A stretch of 64,000 nucleotides of DNA from an uncultured Fibrobacterota bacterium (GTDB lineage: Bacteria; Fibrobacterota; Chitinivibrionia; Chitinivibrionales; FEN-1185), in contig CAVWBU010000016.1 in the NCBI GenBank assembly GCA_963753345.1, positions 32,001-96,000 of the forward strand. The letters run 5' to 3'. The notes beneath the pieces are model-generated. The model did no database searches. It was not told where the DNA came from and was given only the letters and a program-made list of their open reading frames with translations. Each line of letters starts with the position of its first letter. The first letter of the stretch is position 1. The position numbers were made by a program, and so were the translations under genes. Positions 10,791 to 19,585 of the stretch are shown piece by piece.

Positions 10791-10829
10791 CATCAGGGAC
10801 AAGCGCGTTCGGCGAGGATTTGAGATCCG

Positions 10830-11681
10830 CTATCGCAGCGAGACGCGATATTTCCGGATCATTTTCTCGGGGTGGTAGGAGGACTTTGCACGTCGAAGTG
10901 ATTCAATACCAAGGTCCTGTTCAAAATTGAAGGACGTGTACCGCGAGGGCATCACCGTTGCAAACTGACTGTACATGAATTGATATATACCCGAAAATTT
11001 CCGCCTCCCCTTTGCAAAATGCAAGGCGAATGTCGTATCGTTGATCTCTTCGCCTATCACAAACCCGACCGGTTCCGAATCGGCATAGTAGATTGCCCCG
11101 CACAGAACCAGATCATCATATAAAGCAATTGCTTCCCTGCATGCATCGTAGTCGGTCTCATTACGCAACGCGCCAGCCTCATCCTGCCATGCTTCAAGGA
11201 TCTGGCGTGCATGCGGAAGGCGTTCTGCGGTCAGAGGAAGCGCGTTCGAACCATAGCGTCTGAGAAATTGGTTCATCAGGTTCCTCTCGCCATGCAGTTT
11301 GTTTCCCGCATAGGTTGCCAGCTTTGCAATGTCGTGGATATAGTCGCTGTCGGAGTCGCTGTAAGAGATCACGTACTCCCGCAAGTCAAAAACCGTAAGC
11401 CATTCTTCGAGAACCGGGAACATCATGCCGTAGTTTTCAATGGCCTTCTTGAGCGTTGACGCGGGAATATGCCGGACGTCGCGAAGTGGCATCACATACT
11501 TCGTTTTATCCCGCATCGTCCCGCAGACAAACAGTTCGTCGCCAGTCACGACCTCATAGTCGTGCTCCCTTCGAAACAAGTACAGGTTTGCAAAACTGTG
11601 CTCGGAAACCTGAGAACCAAGGGCTCGAAGGGGGGTGAACAGAATCTTTCGGTGGTCAAGGGTTAGCGGTGTCTCGTCCAT
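10830..11681 (-). CDS. DUF2156 / aminoacyl-phosphatidylglycerol synthase-like GNAT domain protein
   Basis: SEHSFANLYLF; DYI; HFAKG; NFEQDLGIESLRRAKSSYHP. Confidence 0.85.
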   Translation of the reverse strand: MDETPLTLDHRKILFTPLRALGSQVSEHSFANLYLFRREHDYEVVTGDELFVCGTMRDKTKYVMPLRDVRHIPASTLKKAIENYGMMFPVLEEWLTVFDLREYVISYSDSDSDYIHDIAKLATYAGNKLHGERNLMNQFLRRYGSNALPLTAERLPHARQILEAWQDEAGALRNETDYDACREAIALYDDLVLCGAIYYADSEPVGFVIGEEINDTTFALHFAKGRRKFSGIYQFMYSQFATVMPSRYTSFNFEQDLGIESLRRAKSSYHPEKMIRKYRVSLR

Positions 11682-11928
11682 GGTGAATTTGAAAATATAT
11701 GATCCGCCGACGCTTGAAAAAGGGAGCCGGGTTGTATCTTCTGATACTATTGACGAGGAATTTTCCACAGAAGAATGCATCGTCAACCTGCCCACTCGGC
11801 AAAAAGTCGCTCGAACGCTTTCTTCGGATTGGCCGGTCGTGAGATCGCAACCTTCCATTTTCTGCATTTGCTCGTGAAATTCGCCGCAATGCGTTGATCT
11901 ATCGGGCCGCGGTTGGGAAACATTTCTT

Positions 11929-11943
11929 TGGCACACAAGTTGT
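11929..11943 (+). promoter_or_regulatory. Possible sigma-54 promoter
   Basis: TGGCAC-ACAAG-TTGT against consensus TGGCAC-N5-TTGC (one mismatch), about 100 nt upstream of the ATG at 12046. Confidence 0.35.
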
Positions 11944-12045
11944 TGTAAAAAGAAATTGAACACACAACCCGGGGAACAAGCTTGAGTGTGTTCGTACCTG
12001 ATACACTGTTTTCTTTACAACCATCAAAACCAAAGGAGTAGTCAC

Positions 12046-12564
12046 ATGAGTTCCGCTATCTTCACAAACGGTACCAATGCATATCAGGTTGCCAGGATCA
12101 TCTATGCAGGTTCGGTTGCCGAAATACCCGAGAACCGGCGCCAGAACGGAAGCACGCATTCATTCAAGATCACCACGGGCATCGGCTCGGTCTTTTGCTA
12201 CTACAAAGACGAAGACTCGGCAAAGAAATCCCGTGGTGCATTGGCTGGAATGCTTGATGCGGTAAGGTCCAACGCGTTCAAACACGGGTTTGAATACCTG
12301 GACCCTTCACGCGTCATTTCTTTCAGCAGCGTTTTCCAGTTCAAGAAACCGCAGGGCGTGTACACCCACGGTTTTGTCGTGACGCTGGAGACGGCAAACG
12401 AAAAAAGCCAGGAGGTGTGGTTTAGGTACAAATCGGAAGACAATGCTCAGAAAGCCAGAAAGGCCCTGTGGGCGACTCTGCACAATGTAAACGGCCAGCA
12501 TGCCGCCCCTGCGGAAAAAGCACCCGCGGCGGAGCAGGCAGTTTCCACCGGTTTGCCATTCTAG
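12046..12564 (+). CDS. Hypothetical protein with two internally duplicated domains
   Basis: AAGGAG RBS; the two halves end in YYKDEDSAKKSRGAL and RYKSEDNAQKARKAL. Confidence 0.8.
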   Translation: MSSAIFTNGTNAYQVARIIYAGSVAEIPENRRQNGSTHSFKITTGIGSVFCYYKDEDSAKKSRGALAGMLDAVRSNAFKHGFEYLDPSRVISFSSVFQFKKPQGVYTHGFVVTLETANEKSQEVWFRYKSEDNAQKARKALWATLHNVNGQHAAPAEKAPAAEQAVSTGLPF

Positions 12565-12604
12565 TCTGACAACGACATCTCCGGGGTTCCCCGGCAAGAA
12601 AGAA

Positions 12605-12635
12605 ATGCCGCCTTTCCATGGAAGGCGGCATTCTT
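12605..12635 (+). terminator. Probable intrinsic terminator hairpin
   Basis: ATGCCGCCTT-TCCATGG-AAGGCGGCAT followed by TCTTGTT, after the stop at 12564. Confidence 0.6.
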
Positions 12636-12771
12636 GTTATGTGTTACTTTCTCGCTCTGTTGACCAATACTGCCTGCCGTTTTCCCGCTTGAGGGCCTAG
12701 ACGCGCCTGCCGAATCTCTGCAAATTCGAAAAAGTAAGTAGTGGCTCGGGGCGCAATAGAAATTATATACT

Positions 12772-15430
12772 ATGTCCATGCCAGAAAGACAACACGCAAT
12801 CCGGCTGTACCCCTGGTACGTCCATGCAGTCTTGGGTTTTCTCCTGAGCCCGCTTGTTCCATGGATTCTTGTGATTCATGCACTGTGGATGTCGTCGAAG
12901 CGGAAGACCGCCGTTACTGCAGCAGGCCTCAACATACTGGCAGGTTCTTTGGTTTTTTTCCTCTGCCAGTTATGCAGCTTTGAATGGTGGATATTCTTTT
13001 TAATGCTTGCAGCCGTGAACCTCGGGTGGTCCATTCTTGCGGGAGCATACCAGCATGTCTATCTGGGCTCTGCCGCCCCATTCCTCGGGCGCGCATCTTA
13101 ACCGTCACTTGGCCGGTCATGCTCTGTTCTCAATTCTCTTCGCCTGCTGCGTCGGTTTTACCATCATGCTTTTTTCAATGCTCGTCAGCAGCACTGCAAT
13201 GAAACACGCTTTGGGACTGGACAGAACATCCATTCTCTGGGGCGCATTCCGCGGCGCTGTTTATGCGCTGCCTTTCGGTTTCCTCGCCGCCATCGGTCTG
13301 GCGGGAATCGGGGAAAAGCTGAAGCCTGCAGGGCTTGTCGCAGCAGTTGCAGGATTCGGTTTTTCCGCGGCAGGCATCTTCCTGGCAGGCATGGGCATCG
13401 GCGCAATGATTTCCGGGGATCTCTCCCCGGTACGGGGCGGGCTCGAAAGTATGATACCCCTTGGCAATGCCTCGCCAATGCGATGGCTCCTCGATTCGGG
13501 GCCGGTGGAAATATGCGGCGCTTTTTCTGCGCTGGCTCTCTTCTTCTCCACTGTCCGGACATTCGGAGGCTTTTTCCTTCGGCTGGGGATCATACTTGCG
13601 AGCCTGCTCTGGGTGCTTCCCGAATTGCCCGGCGACTGTTCCTTTGCCCCCAATTATCAGAAACGCATTCTTTCCGACTTGTCAAATCCGAGCGGGAACA
13701 TTCGCGCCCGCGCCAACCGCGAGCTCACCCGTTTTCTTTCGTTGTATCCGGCGCATGTCGCGTGGCCGGTTCTGGCGTTGCGCAACGCGGATTACTGGTA
13801 CGAGAACGGCCATCCCGATAAGGCACGGCGTTTGTGGAACCTTGTCGTTTCAAAAGGGGCCGCTTCGGCGCGGGACGCAAGGCCCGTCGCTCTCGCGCGC
13901 GAATCGCTTGCCCGCCTTGCCTCCGGCGGCAGCGGCGATTCCGCGACAATTCGCCTGCCGCTCATCGACTACGAATCCTACCTCGACGAAACGTGGATGG
14001 CATTCCTCACCGTCATCAACTACTGGGAATATGCCTCGGTCAACGACGCACGAATCAAGATGCGGCTAAAACCATTTTCGGAGAAATCAGGGTCCTTGTC
14101 ACTTGCGAAAATGCCGTCCGCATTTATCCTTGACGATATTGCACGCTCATGGGGATACAGGGTAGCCTACGCTCCCGCCTCTTCGAGCGTGATGAAATCA
14201 TTCATCCGGTCGAAAATCCCCGTCATCTACCCTGTTTTCGTGTCTCCGTCGGTGTGTTGCGGGTTCAACGAACGCAGCGGACGGCTCAATACGTATTGGT
14301 TTTCCCGGTTGTCCATGAAGACCCGCGCAAAGGAACCTTCCGCTCGCGACATCCTTCCTTCGAAGCTGCCTAGCGAAAAACCATCCGACCGTCTGGTGAG
14401 AATGGCTTTGGAGTGCCGCTTTGACCGCAGCCTTTCTCAGCTGGATTCCCTTGATGCCGTCAGCGCAGAGCCGGTGCTGATGGTGATCTATCCGGACTCC
14501 TTACACACGGCCGTTTCCCGCTGCACGGGAATCGCCCCCGCAAAACTGGATTCTTTATCTGATGGCTGGCGGAGTATACTTATGGGGCTCGACTACGTCG
14601 ACCGCAAAAACCCCGCCGAAGCTCTCTTGAGATTTGAACGCGCCCGCTTGCTGGGTGTTTCACCCTTTGCCGCGTTGGCGGAACACCTTGCTTTCTACCA
14701 GTGGAAACAGCAGCGCGCAGCCGCGCCGCTCGGTTCCCTTCCGCTGGCCGCGAACCTCGCACCGCTTGCACGGTACGACGGAGCATTTACCTCAAAAACC
14801 GGAAGGCACCGCCTTGATTCATGCGGACTGCTGTTTGAAAATGCTTGCCGCTCGGAGTATCTGCCCGCCGCCATAAGCCTTCGGTATCTCGACCTTGTTC
14901 CGCTCAGCTCGGCATCCGAGCGCCGCAAAGGGATCGCGCTTGCTTTCCGCGAACTTCGTCTTCACCCTGAAAGCGGCGTTCGCTGGCATTGGCTGTGCGA
15001 CGCCGCCGCCTGGGAGGGAAGCGCTTCCCTCCAGACGTCGGCATGCAGCGCCTATGTGGACCTCAATCCCTACCTGTTCAGGCCCAGGCTCATTCTCGCC
15101 AGACTGCTCGTTGAACAGGGCAGGTTCGACGTTGCTTCCAGAGTTCTTTCCGCCATTCAGGGCGACTCGGTGGTGACGGAACCGGACTATTTCTATTGTC
15201 TGGGCGCGCAGGCGGAACATGATGGCAGGTTTGCAGAAGCGGAGCGCTGCTATAAGACATGCTGCTCGATCCGCCGGTACGATGCGGCATACTTCAACGC
15301 AGATGCCCGGGTTCTGGTCAAACTCCGGAAACGGTCCGAAGCGGCAAAGGCGCAGGCATGGGCGGCGGCCATCAGTGTTTCCCCTGTGTCAACTCATGAT
15401 TGGATGCACGATGAACACCCGGGAAAATAG
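12772..15430 (+). CDS. Multi-TM + TPR + degenerate C39-like protein, split by a +1 frameshift near 13076-13083
   Basis: ORFs 12772-13101 and 13037-15430 overlap; joined, they mirror the architecture of the downstream paralog. Confidence 0.6.
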
Positions 15431-17981
15431 CGGCCTGTTTCATCCGGGCTGGATCATTCCCATCTCGCTGCTTTCGGGAGCCGCGTGCGGCGGCGGCTGC
15501 GCGCTCTTCTTCCTTTTGCGGTGTTCCCATAAAGCAAGAGGTTGGCTCGTCGCAACCGTGTCGCTGCTTGGGGAAGCGGCGGTTCTGTGCTGGGCGCTTG
15601 TGTGGCCCGTCAAATGGTATTGGATCACGCTGAGCGTGTTCGCAGCCCATGCCCTTGCGGGCGTGCTGCTGTATGCCGCAGTGCGGTCATGGTGCGGGCC
15701 CGCGGCAAACGCGCTCAGGATGCACCCTTTTGCCAAGCTAGGCCTGCGAAAAGAAGTCGCGTCGGCGATTGGCGGCGCCGTGGGCGTGCTGTGCGTCGCA
15801 CCGAGCCTTGCAGCCGCGTACATGCTCCTTTCGAACCATCTGTTTTCGGCGCTCCTTCCGGTGGGAATCGACAATGCCGATACGCTTTCGTGGACGCTCT
15901 TTCTTACGGCCTGCGCCGTGATCGGCGGATCGGTGGGCGGCATAGTCTTTGTCCGGGTGAGGCCGGACGTGTCCCTGCGTTCAATGTTCGGCGCCATCCT
16001 CGCCTACCTTTTTTCCTTTTTCACGTTCTGGTTTTGGCTCGAACTGTTCATGGCGATTCCTTCGTTTCAGGCAGCGTCGTGCCAGGGCCGCGAATTCTCC
16101 TCCGTCCTGTGGCCGGTGACCGTCCTCCAGTTCACCGTGGGATCGTGGTGGTCGGTTGCAGTCGCTGTTTACCTGTGCGCCCCCAGGCGCCCGGCCGATA
16201 AAGCGCTCCGCTGGGCGCAGGTCTTTGTTCTGCACATGTCAACAATACTTGTCATGAGCCTTTCATGGGGATATTCGGCGGACCTCTTTCTCGCGGCCGG
16301 AAAGTACCTCGAACGCCACGCACGGGTGAGCCAGGCGCTGGCCTGCTATGAACGGGGACTCACCAAGAAACCGGAAAAGGAAACCGCATGCTGGCTGCAG
16401 TACCGCGTCGCTCTGCTGTACCGGAAGCAGGGAAATATCGACAGGGCGCAGGAGGGCTTCAGACGGGTCGTGGCAACCTACAACGCCGACGATGAACTTG
16501 TCAAGCAGGCCGGGTACTTTCTCAAGCGCCTTGACGACTTCGGCAACCTGCCCCGCGTGGTGCTGCCCGGCGTGGAGACGCGCACGGTGTACCGCGGCAG
16601 CTATTGCGTGCCGAACTCGATGGCGCTCGTGATGCGGTACTGGGGGCGCCGCATTGACGCGGCGAGAATCGGTGCCGCCATCACGGGGCTCAGCACCGGC
16701 ACCTACGCGGTGGACCAAGCCTGGTTCGCTCACGATTGCGGAATGAGACACGATTTTCTGACGCTCGCAACCCTCGGCGACATCAAACGGTGCATCGACG
16801 CCGGCTTTCCCGTCCTCGTGTACGTTCCCGCGCACGCGCTCGTCCTCTTCGGCTACGACGAGGCGCTTTCGACATTTGTCACATACGACGTGGCGACAAA
16901 CGACATCTGGACCGACTACATCCAGCGCGACTTCGTGCGGGCCTGGAAACGGCAGGCGGCGACGCTGGTGCTCGTTTACCCGCCGGAAAAGGCGCGTCTG
17001 TTGCCGGCCGACATCCGTGAACGCTGCAGGAAATCCACAACCGAATACCTCCACTATCAAATCCAATTCTTCGACACGCTTCGGCCGCCGCAGATGATTG
17101 AACACCTGAAACTGGCGGCGGGGAACAAGGGCGAATTCTTTCTGCCCGCCGCCACCCTCTACATGGACTATCCGGGGCTGCGTGACTCGGTGGCCGCGTG
17201 GTTTGATTCCGCGGTCGTGGCCGATAACATCGTGCGGTTTTTCGGCCGTGATTACGACGAGGGAGTCCATCTGTGGGGCCACATTCACTACGAAGAGTGG
17301 GCGCTGCCGGACTGGGACCTGCGCTACGGCATACGGTATTGCCTCGCCCACGGAATGTACGCACGTGCGGAAAGCCTCGTCACTGCCATTGAAAACAAGG
17401 GAACCGTGAGCGATCTTATGATCGCCTCAGCCGCTCTTTCGGAGCTGGCGCGCGGGAACCTCAGGCGCGGGGTCGCCATTCTTGACAGATGCAATATACC
17501 GGATTACGACCTGTATTACGGGCTGGCCTGCGAAAAACTCGGGAAGATAACCGAGGCCGTCAAATCCCTGCGGTTCGTGGTGCAGCAGTCGTTCGGAGGC
17601 CGCTTTTACAAAGGCGAAGACGAGGAATACGAAGGGGACTATGCCGACGAGAGGACCTCGAAAGCAATCGACGAAATGGGGTACCCCGCCGTGTTCATCG
17701 CCAACGAGAGGCTGTGTTCGCTTGCGAAGCGCGAGGACGTTTCCGAAGGGCTCGTCAAGGCCTGGGAAGCATGGAGCCGCGCAATGCCGGGCGACACGCA
17801 GGTTGCGGAAAGCCTCATTCGCGCCTACGACCGGCGCATCGCCAATCTCGCAAAGACCGACGAACCGTACGTGTATGCCAACCTTGTGGAGAAACGGGAC
17901 GTTATGCGGGGCCGCCTGGAACGGAACCGAATCAGGGTCACCGGGGCGAAGGCTTTGCAGAAGCGTCCCGGCGCCCGTTAG
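15411..17981 (+). CDS. Multi-TM + TPR + C39-like cysteine peptidase protein
   Basis: YCVPNSMALVMRYWG (Cys); GFPVLVY..HALVLFGYD (His); YD; many TM segments and TPR-like helices. Confidence 0.75.
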   Translation: MNTRENSGLFHPGWIIPISLLSGAACGGGCALFFLLRCSHKARGWLVATVSLLGEAAVLCWALVWPVKWYWITLSVFAAHALAGVLLYAAVRSWCGPAANALRMHPFAKLGLRKEVASAIGGAVGVLCVAPSLAAAYMLLSNHLFSALLPVGIDNADTLSWTLFLTACAVIGGSVGGIVFVRVRPDVSLRSMFGAILAYLFSFFTFWFWLELFMAIPSFQAASCQGREFSSVLWPVTVLQFTVGSWWSVAVAVYLCAPRRPADKALRWAQVFVLHMSTILVMSLSWGYSADLFLAAGKYLERHARVSQALACYERGLTKKPEKETACWLQYRVALLYRKQGNIDRAQEGFRRVVATYNADDELVKQAGYFLKRLDDFGNLPRVVLPGVETRTVYRGSYCVPNSMALVMRYWGRRIDAARIGAAITGLSTGTYAVDQAWFAHDCGMRHDFLTLATLGDIKRCIDAGFPVLVYVPAHALVLFGYDEALSTFVTYDVATNDIWTDYIQRDFVRAWKRQAATLVLVYPPEKARLLPADIRERCRKSTTEYLHYQIQFFDTLRPPQMIEHLKLAAGNKGEFFLPAATLYMDYPGLRDSVAAWFDSAVVADNIVRFFGRDYDEGVHLWGHIHYEEWALPDWDLRYGIRYCLAHGMYARAESLVTAIENKGTVSDLMIASAALSELARGNLRRGVAILDRCNIPDYDLYYGLACEKLGKITEAVKSLRFVVQQSFGGRFYKGEDEEYEGDYADERTSKAIDEMGYPAVFIANERLCSLAKREDVSEGLVKAWEAWSRAMPGDTQVAESLIRAYDRRIANLAKTDEPYVYANLVEKRDVMRGRLERNRIRVTGAKALQKRPGAR

Positions 17982-19524
17982 CCCCCGCACCCGTCTCGGA
18001 CGGTTGTTTCGCGGCCGGTGCGGTCCTCACGAACCGATATTCAAGCGGATCGACACGATCCTCCTGCACCCGGATCGCAAACGAACGGGCGCTGCCCGCG
18101 CTGTCAAAAGAGAATACGGGATAGCTTTTTCCGAAATACCTGTCGCGCCAAATGCAGACCATGGTATCGCCGTTCACATGCCACAGCACGCCGGCAAGCC
18201 CCGGATGCGCCGTGAGGTGCAGCACGCAGTCCCTGCCGGACCGGAAAATACTGGCAACGCCGTACAGGTCGCTGGTGTAGGTACCGAGAACTGCATCAGG
18301 TTTGGCGATCCCGAGCATGGTTCTTGAAGGAACCGCGTGCGCCGCGCGCTGCCCGGTCTCCCATTGCTGCAGGAGAATCCCGCTCCAGTCGCGCGAAGGA
18401 ATCCCGAGATAGCCGTCGAGGACCTCGAAGAAGACAGCGTCGTGCAGACGGTGATTGTCGCAGTTGGTGAGCACCGCGATGCCGAGCCGTTCGTCCGGCA
18501 CGAAACCCACGCGGCACATCATGCCGTCGACGCCGCCGGTGTTGTACACCAGCATGCGGCCGTAGTAGTCGCACAGCATCCAGCCGAGGCCCGCCGCGTT
18601 GAAATTGGTGGCCGGAAACAGCGCTCGCGACCCCGAATCGGCCGGAGCGACCATGTGCGGCGTGCGCGTTTCCCTCAAAACGCCGGAATCCACCACGACT
18701 GCGCCGTTGAATTTACCGTTGTCAAGCTGCAGAAGCAGCCACCTGGCAAGGTCCTCCGCCGACGAATGCATGGCGCCCGCGGCTCCCATGTTGTCGAGCA
18801 TGCGGTAGGTGATGGGCGTCACCTTGCCGTCGACAATGGTGTGCGGTTCCGCAACGTTGTTGAACTTGAACAGCTCCCGCACCGACGTTCCGGTGCGCGT
18901 CATGGCGAGCGGATCGAGCAGCCGTTTCTTGACAAGTGCGTTCCATGGCATTCCCGAGGCCGCGGCGGCGACCCTGCCTGCCACGAGGTACATCAGGTTC
19001 GAATACCCGAACCTGCTCCTGAGCGCGAAATCCGGTTTGAGGAACCGGAGCCGGGAAAAAATCGTGTCTTCGGTGTTGAGGGAGCCGTACCACAGCAGGT
19101 CCCCGCTGTGGGTGGCAAGGCCGGTGCGGTGCGACAGGAGGTCGCGCACCGTGAGGCCCGCGGTGCCGCATTCATCGAGGAGCCGGAACCACGGCAGGCG
19201 CCGCGAAACCGTGTCGTCCCACGAGAGGATTCCGTCCTTGACAAGCAGCCCGACGGCCGTCGCCGTGAAAGGGGTCGAAGCAGGGCCGATGGCAAACACC
19301 GTTTTGCCGTCCACCCGGCTGCCCTCTCCCCTCCTGCACACGCCGTATCCCCGGCACGCGACAACGGAATCGTCCTTCACGATCGCGACCGCCGCGCCGG
19401 GCACGCGCCAGGCCGATAGGCACGTTCTTACGCATGAGTCAAGCGACACCGCCGAAGCGAAGCCCGCTGCCGGCACCGAGAGGCCCAGCAACACCAGCGG
19501 CAGGATCGGCGGCACCTTCATCAT
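17938..19524 (-). CDS. Serine hydrolase (beta-lactamase class C-like, DUF3471-type C-terminus), catalytic motif degenerate
   Basis: VPGAAVAIV; TVRDLLSHRTGL; YSNLMY; AAGAMHSSAEDLARW; the SxxK position reads PAST. Confidence 0.85.
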   Translation of the reverse strand: MMKVPPILPLVLLGLSVPAAGFASAVSLDSCVRTCLSAWRVPGAAVAIVKDDSVVACRGYGVCRRGEGSRVDGKTVFAIGPASTPFTATAVGLLVKDGILSWDDTVSRRLPWFRLLDECGTAGLTVRDLLSHRTGLATHSGDLLWYGSLNTEDTIFSRLRFLKPDFALRSRFGYSNLMYLVAGRVAAAASGMPWNALVKKRLLDPLAMTRTGTSVRELFKFNNVAEPHTIVDGKVTPITYRMLDNMGAAGAMHSSAEDLARWLLLQLDNGKFNGAVVVDSGVLRETRTPHMVAPADSGSRALFPATNFNAAGLGWMLCDYYGRMLVYNTGGVDGMMCRVGFVPDERLGIAVLTNCDNHRLHDAVFFEVLDGYLGIPSRDWSGILLQQWETGQRAAHAVPSRTMLGIAKPDAVLGTYTSDLYGVASIFRSGRDCVLHLTAHPGLAGVLWHVNGDTMVCIWRDRYFGKSYPVFSFDSAGSARSFAIRVQEDRVDPLEYRFVRTAPAAKQPSETGAGANGRRDASAKPSPR

Positions 19525-19585
19525 GGTATCCTTGACAGGTTGGACTCCGGCAACCGCACGGGGACAGGAATGACCCGCTGCGGCA

